Source: Octopus bimaculoides (taxonomy: Eukaryota). Taken from it: DNA of 64,000 bases. The translations under genes were made by a program, and so were the position numbers. The stretch is taken from the NCBI RefSeq assembly GCF_001194135.2, contig NC_069006.1, forward strand, positions 9,223,244 to 9,287,243, read 5' to 3'. This document shows, piece by piece, positions 1 through 13,965 of the stretch. Each line of letters begins with the position of its first letter. Within the stretch, counting starts at the first letter, position 1. A model generated the notes under the pieces. That model saw nothing but the letters and a program-made list of their open reading frames with translations. It was not told the DNA's origin and made no database searches.

Positions 1-3000
1 GAAAGGATCTACAAACGTTGGGACTCACAAAGGGGATGACAGGAGATTGAGACTCTTGGTGGTTTGCTGGGTTTGAAAAGTCATGTCAAGCTTAGTAAAA
101 GCATGGTTGCCCTTGCATACAGGTTCATCCCCTGCAACCCTCTCCAGCTGAGCACCCCTAATCTTGTGGGCTCATAACTGCTGGTGCCACATAAAAAGAA
201 CCCATGCCCGTGCTGCGTAAAAGTTCCCAGTACACTCTGTAAAGTGGTTGGCATTAGGAAGGGCATCTAGCCATAGAAACCATGCTCAAACAGACATGGA
301 GCCTGAACAGCCCTTAAGCTGGCCAGCTCCTGTCAAACCGTCCAACCCATGCCAGCTTGAAAAATGGATGTTAAATGATGATGGTATAGCCTGTATTGAC
401 TAGACTGTTGGATGATTATATACTGCTGCTCTTTATGTGATTCCCGTTTTCTCTTGGTTGTGTCATTCTTTTTCATCATACCCTAAATTGTTACACAAGT
501 TCATCTTTCCATCATCATGGGTGCCTTCCGAGTGACCTTTTCTGGTCTCTTAGATACCACTTGACAAACTGCATGAGAACCAACTGTTGTCTGTGAACCT
601 TGTGACAGGTGAATGTATGTGTGTGTGTGTATCCTTGTTGAGATATCGTAATAATTGTAAGTGACATAACAAGTGAGGTATATTGTTTGCAGTCTTCTGT
701 GAAAAATGTAACTATGGGAGGAAATATTTACTTTGATTGGAAATAGGTGAGGGTTGGTGACAGGAAAGGCATCCAGCCATACATCTACCTCAACAAATTC
801 CATCTGACCCAGGCAAGCATGGAAAAGGGGTGTTAAAAGATGATGGTGAATAATTAGTGATGGTGATTGTATTATGATAGATGTGTTAATTAGAACTATG
901 GTTTGATGTCAGTGTGATGATAACTAGCGACTTTGAGTGTTTTGGGCTTGGAACTAGCTGGAGTTCACTTAATTAATATTGCTACACAATTAATTAATTT
1001 GAATTATCGAAAATAATTTCTTTCTTCTGATTCATTGATTGATAAAATGTCAGGTTCTCGGTTGATCTTCATTGTTAGATAATTTTAATGAATAAATTTA
1101 AAAGAAATTTAATCACAAATCAATTTATTTAACATATCCAAGTCAGGTTTTATAACAGATTTTGTCTTGTTTTTCAAATGAGACAGTTTTTGTCCATAAA
1201 TGATATTCAGTTCTAATGAAACAAATGTTGATGCATCTAAAACTCTTCTGTGAGCAAGGTATGGCTGTGTGGTTAAGAAGTTTGCTTTGCAACCACGTGG
1301 TTTCAGGTTCAATCCTACTGCATGTTGCCTTCAGTAAAAGTCTTCTAGTATAGCCCTGGGCTGATCAATGTTTTGTGGCTGATTTGGTAGAGGGAAACTG
1401 TATGACAGAAGTCTGGTGCAGGCTTCTGCCTGGCCGGCTCCTGTCAAACCATTCCACCCATGCCAGCATATGAGCTTCCACTCACACATACATGTATATG
1501 TTGTGCTGGTGCCACGTGAAAAGCACTCAGCCATAAAAGCCATACCGAAACTGACAAATGGGGCCTGGTGTAGCTCCCCAGTTTGCCAGCTCCAGTCAAA
1601 CTGGCCCACCGATGCCAGCATGGAAAACGGATGTTAAATGATGATGATGTATGTGTGGGCCTGTGTTTATCTCCTTCTCCACTACCTGGCAACCAGTCCT
1701 GGTTTGTTTACATCCCTGCAAGTTAGCAGTTCAGCAAAACAGATCTATAGGATAAGTACTTGAATTTTAAAAAAAAAGCAAAGTACTAGAATTGATTTGT
1801 TTGACTAAAACCCTTCAAGGCAGTGCCCCAGCATGGTCACAGTCCAATGACTGAAACAAGGAAAAGATATATAGACCCTGATGAAGCTGTGCTCCGCCTA
1901 CTGACAGAGATACCAATGATGTGTACCATGAAGCTGTAATCTACAAGGATCAGAGACACAGGAAAATGGTGTTTGCGCTTAAAGGCCTCAGCACTTCAAA
2001 CTCTTCAGCTATTGTTTTAAATCATTTGACATTCTGAAAATAGGTTCCATCTCAACTTCTTTGTTATCTCGATGGTATCAGGAATCTTTCCCTTCTATCT
2101 TCTACTTGTTTCAGTCATTTGGCTGCAGCCATGCTGGAGCACCACCTTGGAGGGTTTTAGAAGAATGAATCAACCCTAGTTCTTCGGGGGGGGGGGTCCT
2201 TTTTTAAAGCCTGGTACTTATTCTGTTGGTCTCTTTTGTTGAACCAAGTTATGAAGTTCTAAACAAACCAACATCGGTCGTTGATCAGTGGTGGGGTACA
2301 AACACATACATATATGATGGTTAACCTGGTACAGCAGAGGGGGAAAAAATCATTAAAAAATAAACATCAAAACCAGTTGAAACATTGTTTCTACTGAGAG
2401 GATGCATTTAATATTGGTTCTAAAATTTAGCACAAGGCCAGCAATTTCAGGGGTGAGGGTACGTTGATTACATTGACCCCCAGGGCTTGACTGGTACTTA
2501 TCTTATCAATGCTGAAAGAATGAAAGGCAAAATCAGCCTCAGCAGGATTTGAACTCAGAATGTAAAAATGGACAAAATGCCACAAAGCATTTTGCCCCTT
2601 GTGCTAATGATTCTGCCAGCTCATCATTCTATGAGGATACATTTATGGTTAATTTCTTATTTAGTTTTGTCTTCTTAGTCTTGCAGGCTGCATGGCGACC
2701 TCACTAGTGCTGGTGCCATGAAAAAAAGCACCCAATACATGCTATAAAAGGATTGACGTTAGGAAGGGCCTCTAACCATAGAAACTATGCCAAAGCAGGC
2801 ACTGTAGTCCATTGCATTCTGTCAAACTGTCCAACCTATGCCAGCATGGAACATGGAAGTTAAATGAGAATGATGCAAGACTGAATTTTGTAGGGGGAAT
2901 GTATGAAAGATGAAATCAAGCAACTCCAGATTTGAACTCAGAACTATGAGGAAATAAATGTAATGCAATGCAAAATGTAGATTTTTCCTCTGTTGTTTTA

Positions 3001-5779
3001 GCCCTCATCCTCCACACCCCTATTGTAGAGTGAGTTCTTACGTGAGCTACAAGGCCTTAGCTTTATGGGACAGCTGTATTTAAGTAAGAGACTGTAAGTG
3101 GAGTTGTCTCTGTTGGCTGCTAGGTGGCATCCATGAAGTATAGTGTGGGTCACCTTCAGTCACAAAGACCTGGTCGTTGTTCTTCTTGAGACTCCTCTGC
3201 CCTGGCCATGGGTTGTTGATACCACTCTTCCACCCCGCTAGTGTGCATTAGTCTGCCAGCTGAAGTGGTGTACTAGGGTGTGACACTTGGAGCCAACACA
3301 TAAACAATTTAGGGAGTGAGTGAGTGCTTGTCCCTTCTACCATGTAGGGGACAATGTGCTCTCGACACCAAAGGTATTATATCTACACAGAGCCTCCCAC
3401 ACTCTGTATGAAATAACCATATGAAACACTATTAAATTGTAGCCAAGCCCTGCAGTTGTCGAAGAAGAACTGGGAGAAGGAAATTTCAAAGAAATTTGAA
3501 ATATTATAGCCTCAAATGGCAAAAAGAAATTGGGTAAAGCAGTTTTACAGAATCAATCAAGCCAAAGCAACATTAAAAACGATGCTTAAAAAGCAGTTCT
3601 TAAGTTTACTTAATGATAACATGTATAAAGTTTCCATCTAGAGGGACAGAGAAATGCTATTTCTTATCTTATTTTCTGGTAGGGTTTTCTCTAAGATATA
3701 TATTTATATATTTATACACCAATTTCCTTTTGATGACAAACTATTAATAAATACACTCACTGATATATCTCACTCTACAGATATCTTAAGGTTACCACCT
3801 TATTCTATTTAAAAAAAAGATTCTGAATGTAGCTCAGCATCCCCTTATAAATGTTTTTAGTTAAAGATCAGTGAAAAAGAGAATACCTATGCTGAACTAT
3901 TGAGAAATCTGCAATTTACTCTATCCAGATTACAAGTTCAGGTTTAAACCTGTAATTATTAGGGCCCTGGGATATGTAACACACATACCAATCTTGAGAA
4001 ATTAGGCTTCTCAAAACCAGAAAGGAGGAAGCTATCACTGGAACTGTAAAGATCTGTAAAACTTTCCAGAAGTTTATCATTTAAATATATATGAGCATGT
4101 CTAGATATGCAACTACATGCATGAGAATACATACATAAAACAAAACATGCAAGTCTGCACACATACATACATGCATACATATAAACAAAAGACCCTGTTG
4201 TTGATGTTGAAATTCGAATGAAGGGGCCTTGGATCTAGGTTAGAAACCGGCTCTTTATTGACAAAAAATCTTGAAATAAAACTGGACAATTACATACATA
4301 TATACATTCTATATATGTGTGTGTATGTGAAAGAGAGAAAGACACACAGATATGTATGCATGTATACATATGAAATATACATACATATAATATATATATG
4401 TGTGTGTGTATATATATGAATCTCAAAAAGTAGAAAAAAAAAAGCATTTATATTCTAAAGAAAATTTCTTTTTCCTACCTTTTGCTTATTTATTTAAGGT
4501 TTAAAAAATGTTACTTTTTCTAGACAGCACCACAGTGAGGTGGAACATGTTCTATAGACAGCTCCATATTGAAGAATGTGTTCCCTGGAAACCAAACTTA
4601 CAAACTTGATTTCAATTCACAGTTGGAACTGATTAACCCTTTAGCATTCGGTTTTCTTCTTTTTCAAATGCAATGCTAATTTATTTACATTGCTTTCAAT
4701 TAATCCTGAATTATCTCATAGCTTTAAGATTTCAATGATGTGATTATTTTTAGAATGACATTGCAGGGTTGGTGTGAGAGGCCAGGTCTGGCTGGTTTGA
4801 ACACAAAAACTGAGATAGAATATTTTGGCTGGATATGGCCAGTTCAAAATTTAAAACTTAATGCAATAAAATTACTATGACTTTTGCTAATGTTGTACAA
4901 CCCAGGGTGAAGCCTGGTTGAAGTCTGCTTGATCATAGATGAATGCCCTTGAAGCAGTGATTTTTAAAAAATTATTTTTCGTGGGTGAGAGTAGGATTGC
5001 ATTACATAAAATGCCCCTCTTTTTTATATGATACCAGGATGTGATATGAGGGAGACTTGGATGCTAATTCCAGCAGATTCAGTCACTTCATAAAGACTCC
5101 CTCATTGAACCAACTTATATTTTTATAGTTTCATCTGTTGAAAAGACTTAGGAATGATTCATCAAACGGCAAAGCAATTTCTTTGTTTAATCTAATGTTT
5201 TCATTGCGATAAAATTGTCAACTAATAACTCACAACATATCTTATTTTCTCATCTAATTTATCATATGTTCCTGCTTTGACCTGACCTGACCTGACCTGA
5301 CCTACCACCACACGAAACTGTTCCTTGTCTTTTTTGTTCTTTTTTCTTTTATAAGGTTCCTTGTTATCTCCAGTTAATAACTGTATCTTCCTCTCCCCTC
5401 TGTCTCTTCCCTGCTCCATCTCTCTCTCCTTCAAATTGGCAAATGACAGAATCTCATATACCTCATACTTGAAAAATATTAATTTTCAATTAACTAATTA
5501 TGGCATCGCTCCTGATGACTTTCCAATTGGCCTTATTAGTTTGTTTGATATCTATCTATCTATCTAGCTATCTCTCTCTATATGTATATATTTATATATG
5601 TCTTTACATATATATATGTATATATCTCGTGAAGTATATTTGCCACTTAAATGCGGCTAACCACTAAGGGTGAATGCTACTGTAGCTTGTAGCCCTAGGA
5701 AGACGTCTCCTCCAGCTGGCTATTGACACACTTTCTGTGCCCTATCAGTTTTTCCCATCTCCTGCCTGATGTGACACAC

Positions 5780-6200
5780 GGGAGTGACTGTGTGATTAAG
5801 AGCCTTGGTTCCAAGCCATGTGGTCTCAGGTTCAGTTCCACTGCTTGGCAAGTGTCTTCTATTATAACCTTGGGCCAACCAAAGCCTTCTAAGTGAATTT
5901 GGTTGATGGTTACTAATAGAAGTCTGTTGTGTATATGTATTTTTTTAGTATATATATTTGTGTGTACCCTTATCTTGACATTATGTGATGGTTATAAATG
6001 AGCAAGCAATTTTCTCCATTTCCAATCTTCTCTGAAAAACATGTCCAGTTGTGGGGAAATATTACTCTTCTTGGAAACAAGTGAGGGTTGGCAACACAAA
6101 GGACATTTTGCCCATGAAAAATTCTGCCTCAGCAAATTTTGTCCAACCCATGCTAGCCTTGAAAAAGTGGACATTAAATGATGATGATGATGATGATGAC
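5780..6200 (+). mobile_element. tRNA-derived SINE (head ggagtgactgtgtg...ggttcagttcc) with RTE-type tail
   Basis: A/B-box-like head, ttggcaagtgtcttct core, microsatellite hinge, tail ending in (ATG)n. Related copies at about 650-850, 29370-30010 and 55660-56095. Confidence 0.75.
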
Positions 6201-6951
6201 AATGATTTCCCTTTTTAACATATATTCCCATGTTGTGATGGGTTTGATAGGTCTGCGCCACAGAACATGTGTCGCCATCCTAACTGTAACTCTGACAAAT
6301 GGCCTCTGTAAGTCTGAACAATCTAGTTGCGTACAACTCCTACAAGGTCTACCTAACACACCTAACTCTCTTCCTCTCACCACACCTTACTGCATCACCT
6401 CCACTAAGCCCCCACACTTAGCATTTTTCTCAGTTCTTCCTCCCTGGGGTATTAACCATCCCAGCCACATTTTTCTTTAAAAAATAATAAAGAATTTAGT
6501 AAATAACTTTATCCTTATTTAACTAATGTTTGGAACATAAATTAACAAGAAGTTTTAATGGAAGGTTTTTGTAAAAAAAATTATATCACTTTAAAACAGG
6601 AAGTTTGTGTCACAGAAGCAGGGGTGGTCACAGGCAGATTGGTGCAAAAAAAAAGTTAAAGTTACCTTCTTGAGTCATGCTGACTCATAAGGGCCCGTTT
6701 CCTGGTTTCCATGGCATATAAATTCCCCACCTGGACAGGATGCCAGTCTATCGCAGGATTACTCATTTTTCCCAGGTGAGTGGACTAAGCCATGTGCTTC
6801 CACTAAGTGCCAAAGGGGTTAATTTTGCTTAGTCGACCTGTGCACATACAAATGTTTTTAAAGAAATTTCCTTCAGTTTATTCTTAGTTTTTAAAACTTC
6901 AAATTCTCACTAAAATATTCTGATATATTTTTGCTTTTTTGTTTATTCCAG

Positions 6952-7245
6952 AAACTTGAAGATTCAATCTTAAAAGACAGCTGCAGTTTCCCGTCAAAGA
7001 TGGATGAGTCAAATTCTTTGACTAAGGCAAAAATCCGTGAAATTATCACCAAAAATCTCGGTGGTGATAGTTCAAGCCATACTTACATGGCAGCAAATTC
7101 TCAGACACCATCACATAATTTGGATGTGATGCAAGAAGAGAACCGTCTCCTCGCCATGGAGCTCAACCGAGTTGAAGACTTACTGTCTGCAAGTCGTGCT
7201 GAAAGAGATGAGTTAGGAATCAAATATAGTGCACTAAGTGACCGG
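6952..7245 (+). CDS. CROCC: Rootletin (ciliary rootlet coiled-coil protein), internal coding exon near the N-terminus, 98 aa
   Basis: Acceptor tttattccag ends at 6951 and donor gtaagt is at 7246-7251, both phase 0. Translation KLEDSILKD...KIREIITKNLG...[39 protein letters not shown] matches the rootletin N-terminus as I recall it (human TLESSVL...LIREIVTRNL...[39 protein letters not shown]). Confidence 0.92.
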
Positions 7246-7648
7246 GTAAGTAAGATAGCATCTATCTTTTACTTTTTATTTGTTTCTTTCAGTCATTGGA
7301 CTGTGGCCAAGCTGGGACACCACCTTGATGGATTTTCATCCTCGTGCTTTTTCTATTGGTCTCTTTTGCCGAACCACTAATTTACTAGGACATAAACAAA
7401 CCAACATCTGTTGTGAAGTGGTGTGTATGTCTGTGTATGGGACAAACACAGACCCAAACACACACACATAAATTTGTTACATGATGGGCTTCCTCACAAT
7501 TTCCTTTTACCAAATCCACTCACATTACATGCTTTTTAAAGTCTGATGCGTATTCTGTCAGTCCCTTTTGCTGAACCACTAAGTTACATCAACTAACCAA
7601 TATTGGTTGTTAAGCAGCGGTGGGGGAACAGAAACACACATATATGTA

Positions 7649-8094
7649 CAAGTTGTTGTCGACTTATGACCTATTTGACTTGCAACCAATCGACTTTACG
7701 ACGATTAGTGCATCAGCTCCCAGCAGCAATAATAAATAGTCCAGTTGAAATGTAATGGGTTTAATTTCTTAGAAATTAACCTGTCTACAGGTGATGTCAG
7801 CTATCAAACGCTTACCCTAGGTTTGGTTATTGATCACCACTGTGGTTATCCCAAGTGTTGGATGAATATCCTGTCGCAGAGGTAACCTTGTATTTGTTTA
7901 TAAGACAACTGCTTAAAACTCCGAAATTTTTGACTAATGCCAACATAATAGTATAATACAGAATGCTGTGTATGTTTTTCACCTGAGAATGTTGCTTAAG
8001 AATGTAAAAATATAAAACAAAGCAATGTAGGCCTATAGGCCAACTTATGACCAGTTAGTCGGAGCCAATTGTGGTCTAAGTTGACGATAACCTG
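7649..8094. mobile_element. Tc1/mariner-pogo-like MITE
   Basis: Imperfect terminal inverted repeats caagttgttgtcgacttatgacc / ggtctaagttgacgataacctg, flanked by TA at 7647-7648 and 8095-8096. Confidence 0.5.
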
Positions 8095-8134
<40 letters not shown>

Positions 8135-8136
<2 letters not shown>

Positions 8137-8307
8137 CATACATATAAGAGGGATGACCACTAAGTGAACATCCATTATGCTAGGAGAAGACCACCTATGG
8201 TCTGACCACTAAGACAAGATCTTTTCTTAGTGGTCAAAAAACCAAAGGTGGTCTTCTTCTAGCATAATGGATGTCCACTTAGTGGTCATCCCTCTTATAT
8301 GTATGTA
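8135..8307. repeat. 173-bp near-perfect palindrome (fold-back MITE) in TA microsatellite
   Basis: The outer 62 bp of the arms differ at 2 positions; the centre is aagatctt. Confidence 0.9.
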
Positions 8308-8406
8308 ATTTTTCTGAATCTTCAGATTTTTCAATATGCTAGGCCACTGGTTTTAAATTGATATTAATCAAATTAATATTCAATTTTTCACCCTTATTAT
8401 TTAAAT

Positions 8407-8445
<39 letters not shown>

Positions 8446-8463
8446 TACATACATATGATTCAC

Positions 8464-8965
8464 TGGATGTGTAATGTCAGTGTGCACACACAACAGAGGG
8501 TAAATGCTCCGAGAGAAATGTTGGACATAAGAAACATCAGATGTGGTGTGCAAGAGAGACGACTACGCTAGTATGGTCATGTACTACGGATGGATGAGGA
8601 GAACTGTGTGAAGAAGTGTCACTCCCTAACAGTGGAAGGAATCCATGGAAGAGGGAGAGCCAGGAAGACATGGGATGAGGTGGTGAAGCACAACCTTCAA
8701 ACATTGGCCGTCACAGAGGCGATGACAAGAGACTGAGACCTCTGGAGATATGCTGTGATTGAGAAGACCCGGCAAGTAAAGTGAGATCACAGCCATAGCC
8801 TATACCAGTGTCACATAACCAGCCCATTTAAAAGTACTTTTGAATCACCTGACTGGCTCCCATGCTGGTGGCACACAATAAGCACCATTCATGTGTGGGT
8901 TGTTGCCAGTACCATCTGACTGGCTCTCCGTGCTGGTGGCATGTAAAAAGCACCATCTGAATGTG
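8464..8965 (+). mobile_element. RTE-clade LINE 3' fragment (degenerate ORF2 C-terminus plus start of 3' UTR)
   Basis: 8464-8784 translates WMCNVSV...QERRLR*YGHVLRMDEENCVKKC...GRGRARKTWDEVVK...DLWRYAVIEKTRQVK*, the typical RTE post-RT tail (RLRWxGHVxRM, GRPRKTW), with two internal stops. Confidence 0.85.
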
Positions 8966-9489
8966 CCCAAAGTGCCATGCAGAAGGGCTGAACCTGAAAC
9001 CTTACACCCAAAAAGCAAACTTCTTACCTCACAGCCATGCCTGAAGAAATCAAATTTAATAACTTCATTGCCATCCCTCAAGCCATCTAAAGCTAAATCC
9101 CTTGAAATTTGGCTTGAAATAGATGAGATTTTTATTAAAATTTTCATGTAAATAAATTTTAATACACATCTATAAACGATATAATTTGAAACTTTGGCAT
9201 CAGAAAATGCACAAATTGATTACTGTTGAGTAATTCCTTAATCTCTAATTTCAAATTATACTTTACAAATCCTCTCCCCCCATCTATCTCTCTCTCTCTT
9301 CATATATATATATATTTTTATATATATATAGTAAATCCAAAAACGAAGAACAAACACAAGAAAACAACAACATGAGCATGTGGTACATGTAAAGTATGAG
9401 CAGACACTCAGGGAAGGAAAGAAAGGTTAATATTTCGAGTAAAGCTCTTCTAAAGAAATAGCCAATGATTCACATGTGGTTACATTTTG

Positions 9490-9537
<48 letters not shown>

Positions 9538-10301
9538 AGCTCAGGTAATGTGAAATTTCCAGGTTTCCAGTCAAAGTATAAACAGCTTCTCACATGGATC
9601 AGATTGCAGCAAAAGATAAACAAGGAAAAGAAAAGATAAAAACAAAGAACATGTCATTTGCAAGGGGTTTGTAATATGCTTGGGGTGGAGTGGGGTGGGG
9701 GGAGAAGCTTGTTCTGTTGAGTGTGGTTTGTGAACACGAGAAGAGAGATCAAGAGCAAGGGAGTTGAGTTTGTGGCTGTTTAGGAAAAAGAAGCATTACT
9801 TTGTGTGCATGGAGGACAAACAAAGCAAAAAAATGAAAAGAAACACAAAAAAAATTTGTGTTGTTCTGTTATCGTTGTTATGTTCCTTTTCCTTCTATGT
9901 TACGTGAAGGGACGTGGCTGAGTGGTTAGGGTGTTTGGCTTAAGGTCATAAAGTCATGTGTTCAATTCCTGGTGTTCAATAGGGTCCAGTCAAAATCAAC
10001 TGTCATTATTACACTTTCTGGCTGGATTCCCAAATGTAACTATGGATATTACCCAACTACTTCATTCTCAGTTCACAGTCTACCCCTAGGTCTCCTGCCA
10101 GTTGGCTCAGGTGAAGAATCCATCTTGTGATTCTTTCCTGTGGTATTCTAATAAGATGTCTGCAGTCACAAAACTGACCTCTCAATGCAGAGAAGTAACG
10201 GATTGACCTGGAGAGACTCCCTGATCTCTGAACTATGCAACCCCCTCGAGTAACATTACTCCAGAAATCTTTCAGATTTGGTCATTTGTATAAACAATGT
10301 G

Positions 10302-10636
10302 AAAGCGCATGGCTCAGTGGTTAGAGCATTGGGCTTGCAGTCATGAGGTACTGAGTTCACATCCCGGACTGGGCTGTGAGTTGTGTTCTTGAGCAAGACA
10401 CTTTATTCCACATTGCTCCAATTCACTCAGCTGCAGAAATTAGTTGTGACATTACTGGTGCCAAGTTGTATCGGCCCCTTTGCCTTTCCCTTGGATAACA
10501 TCGATGGTATGGAGAGGGGAGGCTGCTATGCATGGGTGATTGCTGGTCTTCCATAAACAACCTTGCCCAGACTTGTGCCTCGAAGGGTACTTCTAGGTGC
10601 AATCCAATGGTCACTCATAACCAAAGGGGGTCTTTA
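10302..10636 (+). mobile_element. Third tRNA-derived SINE family (gcatggctcagtggttagagc head)
   Basis: tRNA-like head followed by ttgagcaagacacttta core. The same head appears at 31581-31790 and, on the minus strand with a different body, at about 16800-17075, 28020-28235, 49930-50145 and 58450-58760. Confidence 0.8.
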
Positions 10637-11333
10637 CTTTTTATATACAATCATATTTACCACAGGTGAGGATGGGGACAAAAACTGAATTGACGGTAGT
10701 AAAATTGACTTGTTTTCCCTATGTTTCCTCTTCCAGAGTTCAAATGCTGGAGCTGGTCCATTACTGGCATGGGTTGGACAGTTTGACCGGGGCTGGTAAG
10801 TGGAAGGCTGCACCAGTCTCCAGTCTGATTGGCTTGGTTTTCTACAGCTGGATGCCCTTCCTAATGCCAACCACTCCGAGAATGTAATGGATGCTTTTAC
10901 ATGCCACCAACATGGGTTGCCATTTGTATGACGCTGGGTTGCTAATACGTGCCGCCAGTACGGGTGCCAATTTGCATGACACCAGTATCTGCCACGGCTG
11001 CAATTTTGCTTGGCATGATGGGTCTTAAAATATATTTCAATATTTCGATGAGATTTTTCTTCTGAGGCTAAGTGTCTGCATGTGAAAGACTTAATTGTGA
11101 CACACTACAGACACACACAAACTGAGTGTGTGAATGAATGCTTATCTACGTAGGATCTCTGTTAATATTATCATTTATTTGATATCCTCTCCATTTCCAG
11201 TGTGCTTGATATTATTGTATCATCACAGAATCTATTGATATGGGTTGGAGTGGGGGAAAAGTATGGTAACAAAATTCTCTTTTCATTAACTGCCATCTGG
11301 AAATGACAAACCAGATGTGTGCACACACATTCA

Positions 11334-11379
<46 letters not shown>

Positions 11380-12364
11380 CTCTCTTTCTCTCTCTCTCTC
11401 TTTCTCTCCCTCTCCCCCCTCTCTCTTTCTCTCATACACACAGATATACATACACATATATTTATCCTTTTTTGTTCTTCCATTAATGAACAACAGAATA
11501 AACCGTTGGAAAAGAAAAATTCCTAACATTGGGCTACAACAAGTAACCTTAGATGCCAGGAACCTTCTTAAGTATCCTAGCTGTCCTTAATAATGCTGTT
11601 TTCTTCTTCTTCTTCTTCATTATTATTATTATTATTATTTCCTTTTTGCTATTGTATTCTTCCCTTCTCTGTCTTATTGTACACTATGTATACTTTCTAT
11701 ACATTTATGTATATATTTTTTATCCTCCCATTCCATTGATGTCTGTCTTAGTATCGTCTCCCTCATTCTTTGCCCCAGTGAGGGCAAGCTAAATGAAATC
11801 GTAGCCATGGCTGTTGCCAGTGTCATGTAAATGGCACCCATGCTGGTGGCACATAAAAAGCTCCCGTTACACTCAATAAAGTGGTTGGCATTAGGAAGGG
11901 TATCCAGCCATAGAAACCATTGCCAAATCAAACTGGAACCTGGTGCAGCCATCCAGCTTATCAATTCCAATCAAAACCTCTAACCCATGCCAGCATGAAA
12001 AGCAGACATTAAATAATATCCTTGTTGCTTGTGATATGCTTTATCATAAGTGTCTGTGAGTGTGTCTAACCAAAGTAATTTTTACTTCCATGATTGTTAC
12101 AAAGATTATTCTTTAAGATAAGAAAACGAGGAGTAGATTCTATTTTTAGGATGCCCTGTCTGATAAAGATTAACTCCTTAATTGCTCTTGTATGATTCTT
12201 TTTTTTTTATTGCATTGTATCAAAGTGTCTGCAGAAAAATTCTTCCTCTATCTAATGTCTTCTGCTAATGTCTTCCTGGTCTGGTGTAGAAGAACCCAGG
12301 ACAAACACATGAAGACACAGACAATAATTACTGCTACTAAATCTTTCAAGTAATTTCACAGTTG

Positions 12365-12617
12365 GTGCTACTGTCGCTGATATTACTGCTGCTGCTGCTG
12401 TCGTCATCAATTTCCATCGTCATTGTCATCATTGCCATCATTGCCATCCTCTTCTAACATCGTTAGCAAAACACCCAGTCATCGATAATTGACATCGACA
12501 TCATCATCTTTCAGCATTTCGTCTTCGTGCGTAACTATTTACAGCACCACCACCACTACAACCCAAACCATCACTATCGTCATTACCACCACCACCACCA
12601 CCACTATAGCCAAGACC

Positions 12618-12648
<31 letters not shown>

Positions 12649-12777
12649 CTGTCCTCATCATCATCATCACCATTGTCATCACGATTATCATTGTCATCAT
12701 TATCATCATCATCATCATCTTTATTGTCATCATTATCATCATCATCATCATGATCATTGTCATCACGATTATCATTG

Positions 12778-12808
<31 letters not shown>

Positions 12809-12810
12809 TA
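12365..12810. repeat. (CAT/CAC)n trinucleotide microsatellite field
   Basis: Directly visible; the source of the poly-H/I/M pseudo-ORFs. Confidence 0.95.
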
Positions 12811-13384
12811 AACTAAACTGGTATTCCAGTTACCTTTCCATCAACACACACATATATATATGTGTACAACATGCAATTATACCCAATCACTAATTTGCAA
12901 GATTATAAAACCCCTTACCAATCTTATCAACTTCCTTAAATTATGTACATTCGTTACTCATTAAGTTTTTTTCTTCTTTTTTTTCCCCTAATAATTCTCA
13001 ACAATTATAAAACTATTCTACAATTCAAGACATCTTGCATTCAAGATTTAGTTCTTTCTTTTTATGAATTTTTTGTTTGTTTTTCTCCTCATGATTTTTA
13101 TCAACTTGTCTTTCATTATGGAAAGGAAGTCGTTATTTCTATAGTAATTTTAACCTCTATCAGATTACTTTGTAGCTGTTGCTAAAGAATTTCTATAAAG
13201 CAGTCCTAACGAAACTGAAAAAGGTTTGTTGCAATGGCTGTTGTCTAAAAATATTCTTGCTTCTTTCTTTCTCATGCAAGTTTTTCTCCCTAAATTTGCT
13301 CAACTTTGAAGTATATAAAGAAAACAAAAGACATGCAACATGCCTACAGTAAACCCTGTATTGTATATGAGCTCAATGAGAGCC

Positions 13385-13965
13385 TTTATGAGGCTGTTCG
13401 GTCTGCTAGAAATAGCAGTCAAATTCCCTCATATCACGCCTTTACTGTTGGATAAAAAATGGAGATAATGCTATACATAATGTAGTCTTTAAAGGCTATG
13501 TAGTTACTCAATCTGCTAGAAATAGTAACCAAATTTTCTCGAATCACACCTTTGCTGCCTGATGAAAAATGAAGAGAAAACACTAGTTAATGTATTTTCT
13601 AAAGGACTATATGGTCACTCAGTCTGCTGAAAAGAGCAGTCAGACTCCCTTGTAAAAACACCCTTAGTCTGGCAAACAGAGAAGAGAATACATTAATTAA
13701 TGTATTTCTAAAGGTCTATGTGGTAACTCTGCTGGAAATAGCAGCCAAATTTCCTCAAATCACACTTTTGCTGTCTGTTAAAAAACTGGAGAAAATACTT
13801 AAGTTCATGTATTTTTAAAAGACTATGTGGTCACTCAGTCAGCTAGAAATAGCAACCAAATTCCCTTAAATCGCACCTTTGTTGTCTGATAGAAAAAATG
13901 GCGAGAATACATTAGACAATGTAGTCCTAAAAGGCTATGTGAGTCTTCTGGAAATAGCTATAGTA
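13385..13965. repeat. About 110-bp tandem repeat, 5 full units plus a partial sixth
   Basis: Anchor tctgctagaaatagc and variants at 13402, 13512, 13623, 13728, 13839 and 13944. Confidence 0.9.

Noticed and set aside
6706-6719. X-box-like gtttccatggcata 230 bp upstream of the first visible exon
   Set aside because: It lies inside a dispersed SINE body, and the same motif recurs in the copy at about 28014.
7000-7002. ATG (MDESNSL) as the gene start
   Set aside because: The upstream in-frame KLEDSIL resembles rootletin TLESSVL and follows a good acceptor, so the real first exon is probably upstream of the window.
10302-10375. tRNA genes at SINE heads (also 31581, 42888)
   Set aside because: A and B boxes are present but there is no complete cloverleaf, and each continues into a SINE body.
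12489-12893. His-rich, Ile-rich and Met-rich ORFs (also 63110-63655 and 18078-18263)
   Set aside because: These are translations of trinucleotide microsatellites, open in several frames on both strands, with no splice or codon evidence.
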